Below, piece by piece: positions 59,426-64,000 of a stretch of 64,000 nt of DNA; position 1 is the first letter of the stretch; each line of letters opens with the position of its first letter. Below the pieces are notes generated by a model. It ran no database searches. It was not told the origin of the DNA and worked only from the letters and a program-made list of their open reading frames with translations. The stretch covers positions 608,001-672,000 of the forward strand of contig CBDDCX010000006.1 of NCBI GenBank assembly GCA_965226375.1, read 5' to 3'. The position numbers and the translations under genes are program-made. This DNA is from Longimicrobiales bacterium (GTDB lineage: Bacteria > Gemmatimonadota > Gemmatimonadetes > Longimicrobiales > Gaopeijiaceae).

Positions 59426-60676
59426 ATGGCGGGCATGAACATCGCGAGCTCCGTCGCAGAAGCGACCACGGAGGCCCGCTCAGGGCCGACGACGTCTCCA
59501 CGCATCGGGTCCGTCGATCTGATCCGGGGGGCCGTCATGATCTTCATGGCGATCGACCATGTTCGCGTATTCGCCGGGGTGCCGGCGGGCGGGCCGACGC
59601 CGGGCGTCTTTTTCACTCGCTGGATCACACACTTCTGTGCACCCGCGTTTCTTTTTCTCGCGGGAACCAGCGCGTTCCTGTATGCCCGTAAGTACGACGA
59701 TGTCTCACGGTTCCTGTGGACAAGGGGACTCTGGCTCGTGTTCCTCGAGCTCACGTTTCTCCGGGTGGGCTGGACGTTCAACTTCGACTTCGCGGGGTAC
59801 GAGATGGCCGGTGTCATATGGGCCATCGGATGGTGCATGGTGCTCATGGCTGCCCTCGTTCGGCTGCCCGTCGCGTGGATCGGAGCTATCGGCGTAGTCA
59901 TCATTGCGGGACACAACATGATGGACGCGCACCTCGGGACTCTGATCCCCATGCTGGGCAGTGGTCCTTTGTCCGGGCTGGCGAAGATCTTCTACATGGG
60001 GTTCTTCGGTGGACCCATTCGTTTTGGAGCCGACGGGCCGAGCTTGATCGTGCTCTACTCGATCGTGCCTTGGATCGGGGTCATGATGGCCGGATATGCC
60101 TTCGCAGGGATCCTCAGGCTCGAGCCGGCCCGACGTGATCGACTCTGCTACCTGATCGGATTCGGAGCCCTCTTGCTATTCTTGCTACTGCGGGGCTTCA
60201 ACCTTTACGGCGACCCTCGCCCGTGGATCGGACCGGGGTCCGAGTTCGGTCGTGCGTCGGGCATGCCGGCGTGGCTCGCGTTTCTCGACACCAGCAAATA
60301 CCCGGCCTCGCTTCTCTTCCTGCTCATGACGCTCGGACCGACCATCGCTCTGATTCCGGTCCTCGAGCACGCCCGCGGCTTGCTGGCCGAGTGGGTGACG
60401 ATCTTTGGCCGCGTGCCGTTCTTCTTCTACATGCTCCACATCCCCCTGATTCACGTCCTGGCGCTGGTCGTTTCCCAGCTCCGGCTGGGCGCGGTCAGTC
60501 CCTGGCTATTCGCGAACCACCCGATGGGCAGTCCACCGGTGCCCGACGGGTACGCCTGGAGCCTGCCCCTCCTGTACGGTGTGTGGACCCTGGCGATCGC
60601 GATCCTCTTTATCGCATGCAGATGGTTCGCCGATCTGAAATCGAGGCGGAAGGACTGGTGGCTGAGCTATCTGTAG
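59426..60676 (+). CDS. DUF1624/HGSNAT-like membrane protein
   Basis: RIGSVDLIRGAVMIFMAIDHVR, TRWITHFCAP, KYPASL, GRVPFFFY. Confidence 0.88.
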   Translation: MAGMNIASSVAEATTEARSGPTTSPRIGSVDLIRGAVMIFMAIDHVRVFAGVPAGGPTPGVFFTRWITHFCAPAFLFLAGTSAFLYARKYDDVSRFLWTRGLWLVFLELTFLRVGWTFNFDFAGYEMAGVIWAIGWCMVLMAALVRLPVAWIGAIGVVIIAGHNMMDAHLGTLIPMLGSGPLSGLAKIFYMGFFGGPIRFGADGPSLIVLYSIVPWIGVMMAGYAFAGILRLEPARRDRLCYLIGFGALLLFLLLRGFNLYGDPRPWIGPGSEFGRASGMPAWLAFLDTSKYPASLLFLLMTLGPTIALIPVLEHARGLLAEWVTIFGRVPFFFYMLHIPLIHVLALVVSQLRLGAVSPWLFANHPMGSPPVPDGYAWSLPLLYGVWTLAIAILFIACRWFADLKSRRKDWWLSYL

Positions 60677-60758
60677 CCTCCTGCGCCGCAGGCTTCGGCT
60701 GCCTGGTGGGCGAAGCCTGCGCCATACACTGTTGCCTTGCACTGTTGACGGTGGCGGA

Positions 60759-60783
60759 TACTATAGTTATTAGAATTATAGTT
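60759..60783. promoter_or_regulatory. AT-rich imperfect palindrome, candidate operator (TACTATAGTTATTAGAATTATAGTT)
   Basis: Overlaps a plausible promoter (TTGCAC-N16-TACTAT); similar to 1412-1436. Confidence 0.5.
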
Positions 60784-60844
60784 AATCGAGCCTGACCACA
60801 CTTCCGTGGCCGGTCGATCGACTGGCCAACAGGGACGGGCTTCC

Positions 60845-61610
60845 ATGAATGGTGACGTGAGGCGGGTGTTGATCGCGCTGGTCATGGTGGGCGTGGGCTT
60901 CCAGGGTCAGGAGGCCAGGGGACAGGAGCCCGTGACTTTTCCTGCAACTGACGGCGCTACGGTTCACGGGTATTTGTACCAGACCGACCCGGACTCGACC
61001 CGGGCGCTCATCCTGGCCTTCCACCAGGGCCGCGCGAATGGCCGTGGGGAGTATGGTCCGATCGCGTCTCGGCTGAACGATGCCGGATACGACCTCCTCG
61101 CCATCGATCAGCGCTCGGGTGGGGATTTGTTCGGTGGTGAGAATCGGACCGCGGCGGAGCACGGGGAATCGTCGTACTGCGAGGTGGCGCCGGATCTTGC
61201 CGGCACGCTTCGGTATGCGCGGCAGGCTCGCCCCGACGTTCCGATCGTTCTCTGGGGAAGCAGTTACACTGGTGCTCTCGCGCTGAGGTTGGCGGCTACC
61301 AATCCGGAAGGGGTCGTGGGTGTGCTCGGGTTCTCCCCTGCCTCGGGCGGGCCCATGGCCGAGTGTCGGGCTGGAGAAGTCTCTGGACAGATCGAGGTAC
61401 CCGTGCTGGTCTTGCGTCCGAAGAGCGAGATGGAGATCGAGTCTTCGCGGTTGCAGTTCGAACGTTTCGGAGAGCAGGGCCACAGCACTTTTGTGTCCGA
61501 TCCCGGTACGCACGGCTCTTCGATGTTGGTCGAGGCTCGAGTCGAGGGTTCGGTAGGAGGGAATGTGGAGCGTGGTGATGGCTTTCCTTCGCGGTCTCGA
61601 AGGCCCGTAG
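60845..61610 (+). CDS. exported alpha/beta hydrolase (probable +1 frameshift at 61556-57)
   Basis: Signal peptide, FHQG, IDQRSGG, WGSSYTG, HGSSML. Removing one G gives EGMWSVVMAFLRGLEGP* and removes a 187-bp overlap with the convergent gene. Confidence 0.8.
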
Positions 61611-61644
61611 ATGGCGGTCTAGTCCCGCCAAAGGGAGGAGCCCG

Positions 61645-62787
61645 CTACCCCATCCTTTCCCGCCAGGCCGACAGCACCTCCGCCTCGCGTTCCAGCGATA
61701 CACCGAAGCGCCTCTCGGTCGTTGCCCAGTCCACGTCTCGCTCTAGAAACTCGTCGATGATACTCTTCGCGGTCTCGGCCAGGGGACGGAACGTGAGTCC
61801 GGCCGCGATCGCCCGGGCGCCGCTCATCTGATGGAAGCCCTTGGCACCCGGCTCGAAAGGAGCCGGTGTCGGGTAGTTGTCGTCCGGCGGGAACCAGATG
61901 GGCATGTCGGTCATGGCGCCCACGTTCATCTCTGTCAGGAAATCCCCCGGAACCCAAGTGAACCGCACGTTGCTGCTGGTGACCGCGCGGATGCCGTACA
62001 GGAACTCGCCCCAGGTGAGTGGAGACGCGGGTCCGACCGTGTTGTAGATCCCGTTGATGTCTTCTTCCAGGATCTTGATGACGAACCTTGCAAGGTCGTG
62101 GGGATCGATGATCTGTACGGGGTCGGCGGGGTCGCCCGGGGCCAGCACCTCACCACCGTGATGGATGCGCATAGGCCAGTACGGCGAGATGGAGTTGTAG
62201 TCCCCTGAGCCGATGATCCACCCAGGGCGGATGATGGTGTTGCGGCCCGGATAGGTTTCTTGCACGGCCTTCTCACAGAGGACCTTCAGCGGGCCGTAGA
62301 ACCGACCCGGGTCTTCGCTGGTGGGGTCCTCGATGGTGTCGAGCGTGTAGTCCTCGTCGATGCCGACCTCGATGAAATCCGCGTAGACGTCGCAAGTGGA
62401 GACGAACAGGTAGCGATGTACGTTGTCCCGAAGGAGTTCTGCGGACTCGCGAACCACACGGGGGACGTAGCCCGAAGTGTCGATGACCGCGTCCCATTCC
62501 CCGCCCCGTAGAACATCCAAACCACCGTCCCGATCACCGACGAGCTTCTCTACCTCGGGGAAGAGGTGTGGGTTGGTCCGCCCCCGGTTGAACAGGGAGA
62601 CCGTGTGCCCGCGTTCAAGGGCGCGACGCACCATGTGGGGACCGATAAAGCCGGTTCCACCGATGAACAGAATACGGAGCGAGGCTCGCGCCTGAGGGAT
62701 CGCACCCAACAGCTCGGCTGGTCCGATCGCCGCCGCAGCACCGGCCAGCCCCATCGTTCTGATCACATCACGCCGCGTCATCGTCAT
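61645..62787 (-). CDS. Tat-signal NAD-dependent epimerase/dehydratase family protein
   Basis: MTRRDVI Tat motif, GGTGFIG, FNRGRT, YGPLK, IRPG. Confidence 0.88.
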   Translation of the reverse strand: MTMTRRDVIRTMGLAGAAAAIGPAELLGAIPQARASLRILFIGGTGFIGPHMVRRALERGHTVSLFNRGRTNPHLFPEVEKLVGDRDGGLDVLRGGEWDAVIDTSGYVPRVVRESAELLRDNVHRYLFVSTCDVYADFIEVGIDEDYTLDTIEDPTSEDPGRFYGPLKVLCEKAVQETYPGRNTIIRPGWIIGSGDYNSISPYWPMRIHHGGEVLAPGDPADPVQIIDPHDLARFVIKILEEDINGIYNTVGPASPLTWGEFLYGIRAVTSSNVRFTWVPGDFLTEMNVGAMTDMPIWFPPDDNYPTPAPFEPGAKGFHQMSGARAIAAGLTFRPLAETAKSIIDEFLERDVDWATTERRFGVSLEREAEVLSAWRERMG

Positions 62788-62978
62788 CGTTCACGTCCTT
62801 CCGGGAGAGATCAAGCCGCACTCAAACGACCGCACCTGCGGAATCGTAATCTCGACGGTTCGGTGCCGGTAGGCCATACGCTCATGCTGCGGACACTCTT
62901 TGCCCGATGTCGGGAAAAATCTTCCCTGAGAATGGGGGCGATTTCAGGGAAAATACACACGAAGTCGAGTTATCCACA

Positions 62979-62993
62979 TGGCACGAATCTCGC
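62979..62993 (+). promoter_or_regulatory. candidate sigma54 promoter for the pilus gene
   Basis: TGGCACGAATCTCGC (GG-N10-GC), 67 bp before ATG 63061; a TTATCCACA 9-mer abuts it at 62970-62978. Confidence 0.55.
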
Positions 62994-63060
62994 GAATTAC
63001 GCTGCTGTGCCCCCGATAAGTGATTCAGATGCCGGTGGATCGGTCGAAAAGGGTAAGACA

Positions 63061-64000
63061 ATGAAACAACACGCTCAGTACGGGTTCGCGCTTCCTGTGG
63101 CGGTCTTCGCCCTCGTGGTCGTCGGCGTCATGATTACGAGCGGATTCTATACGGTGCGCCAAGAGGGGCGCATCGGGGTGGCCGACGAGAATGCCAGCCT
63201 CGCCTTCTACTTGACCGAGCAGGGTTTGGTCGACCTGATCGGCAACTGGAACGTCGAACTCTTCAGTGCGCTCTCCAACTGGGGAGACACCACTGTCACC
63301 CGCGGTTACCCTGGGGTCGGCCGGGTCACTGCACGCGTCACGAAGATGACGGATCTCCTGTATTTCGTGGACGCAGATGGCTTAGTAACCAGGGGTGGCG
63401 CCATGCGCTCCGGTGCCTCGCACCGAGTGGGCGTCACCGTGCGCCTGACCACCGCCGACATCGCACCGCCTGCCGCGCTCACCACCCGAGGACCGACCAC
63501 GCTCCAGGGCACGGCCGAGGTGCACGGTGAGGATGAGGTCCCCTTGGGTTGAGGAGGTGTCTGTACGGGCACGCTGGAGAACAAGCCGGGGATCATGACG
63601 GACGATGCCACTCAGGTCGGCACCCAGGGCTCTGCCGTCCTCACCGGAGATCCGGCCGTACTAGAGGACACGTCCATAGCCGACTCGACGTTCACTCAGT
63701 TTGGCGATCTCACGTGGGACGACCTGACGTCGATGGCCGACATCCGTATTACTGGGGGGACACTCTCCACCTTGGCCCCCGACAGCACGGCGGCCGGTAG
63801 GTGCAACACGGGTCAAGCGTTTGCGGACAACTGGGGTGATCCTGAGAACCTCGGAGCGGCGTGCTCCAACTGGTTCCCGATCATCCACATCAGCGGCAAC
63901 GCCAAGATCCAGTCCGGAGGCGTAGGCCAGGGGCTCCTGCTCGTGGACGGAGACCTCGACCTGCGTGGCAACTTCGTATTCCACGGTATCGTCATTGTCC
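63061..64000 (+). pseudogene. PilX-like minor pilin / pilus assembly protein with in-frame TGA at 63550-63552 (runs off the window)
   Basis: Prepilin-like G|FALPVAVFALVVVGV; the frame stays open after the TGA (GGVCTG...NWGDP...GQGLLLVDGDLDLRGNFVFHGIVIV). Confidence 0.75.

Noticed and set aside
62566..63060. N-terminal 165 aa of track ORF 62566..63552
   Set aside because: Overlaps the opposite-strand epimerase and the promoter region; the prepilin-like start is at 63061.

Overview
GC-rich, gene-dense bacterial chromosome segment. The gene repertoire (ADOP-type permease, PD40-amidohydrolase, PilX-like protein) suggests Gemmatimonadota or a similar lineage; this is inference, no search was run. 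All product calls come from motifs read in the translations. The centrepiece (22.1-38.6 kb, all + strand) is a respiratory supercluster with three parts. (i) A putative cofactor-maturation module: ferredoxin, Mrp/ApbC ATPase, a Zn-ribbon protein, a tandem-USP protein and a radical SAM/SPASM enzyme; three of these carry four copies of a PCP_red-like (BchB/ChlB C-terminal) domain, with no photosynthesis genes in the window. (ii) A CydB-less cytochrome bd-like (OR-N type) subunit with three membrane-anchored c-type cytochromes (5 CxxCH motifs; one fused to an EbdC/NxrC-like domain). (iii) An A1-type heme-copper oxidase operon with accessory proteins. Other features: a selenocysteine-containing SelD with a candidate SECIS, lon, ETF-QO, mutY, a SAM-I riboswitch-controlled hom-metX-metB operon lying between a second coxIV and ctaG, an IS1595-family (ISSod11-like) element, a LytS/LytTR locus, several exported hydrolases, and about eight disrupted reading frames (assembly error and/or gene decay). 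No rRNA, tRNA or CRISPR array was seen.
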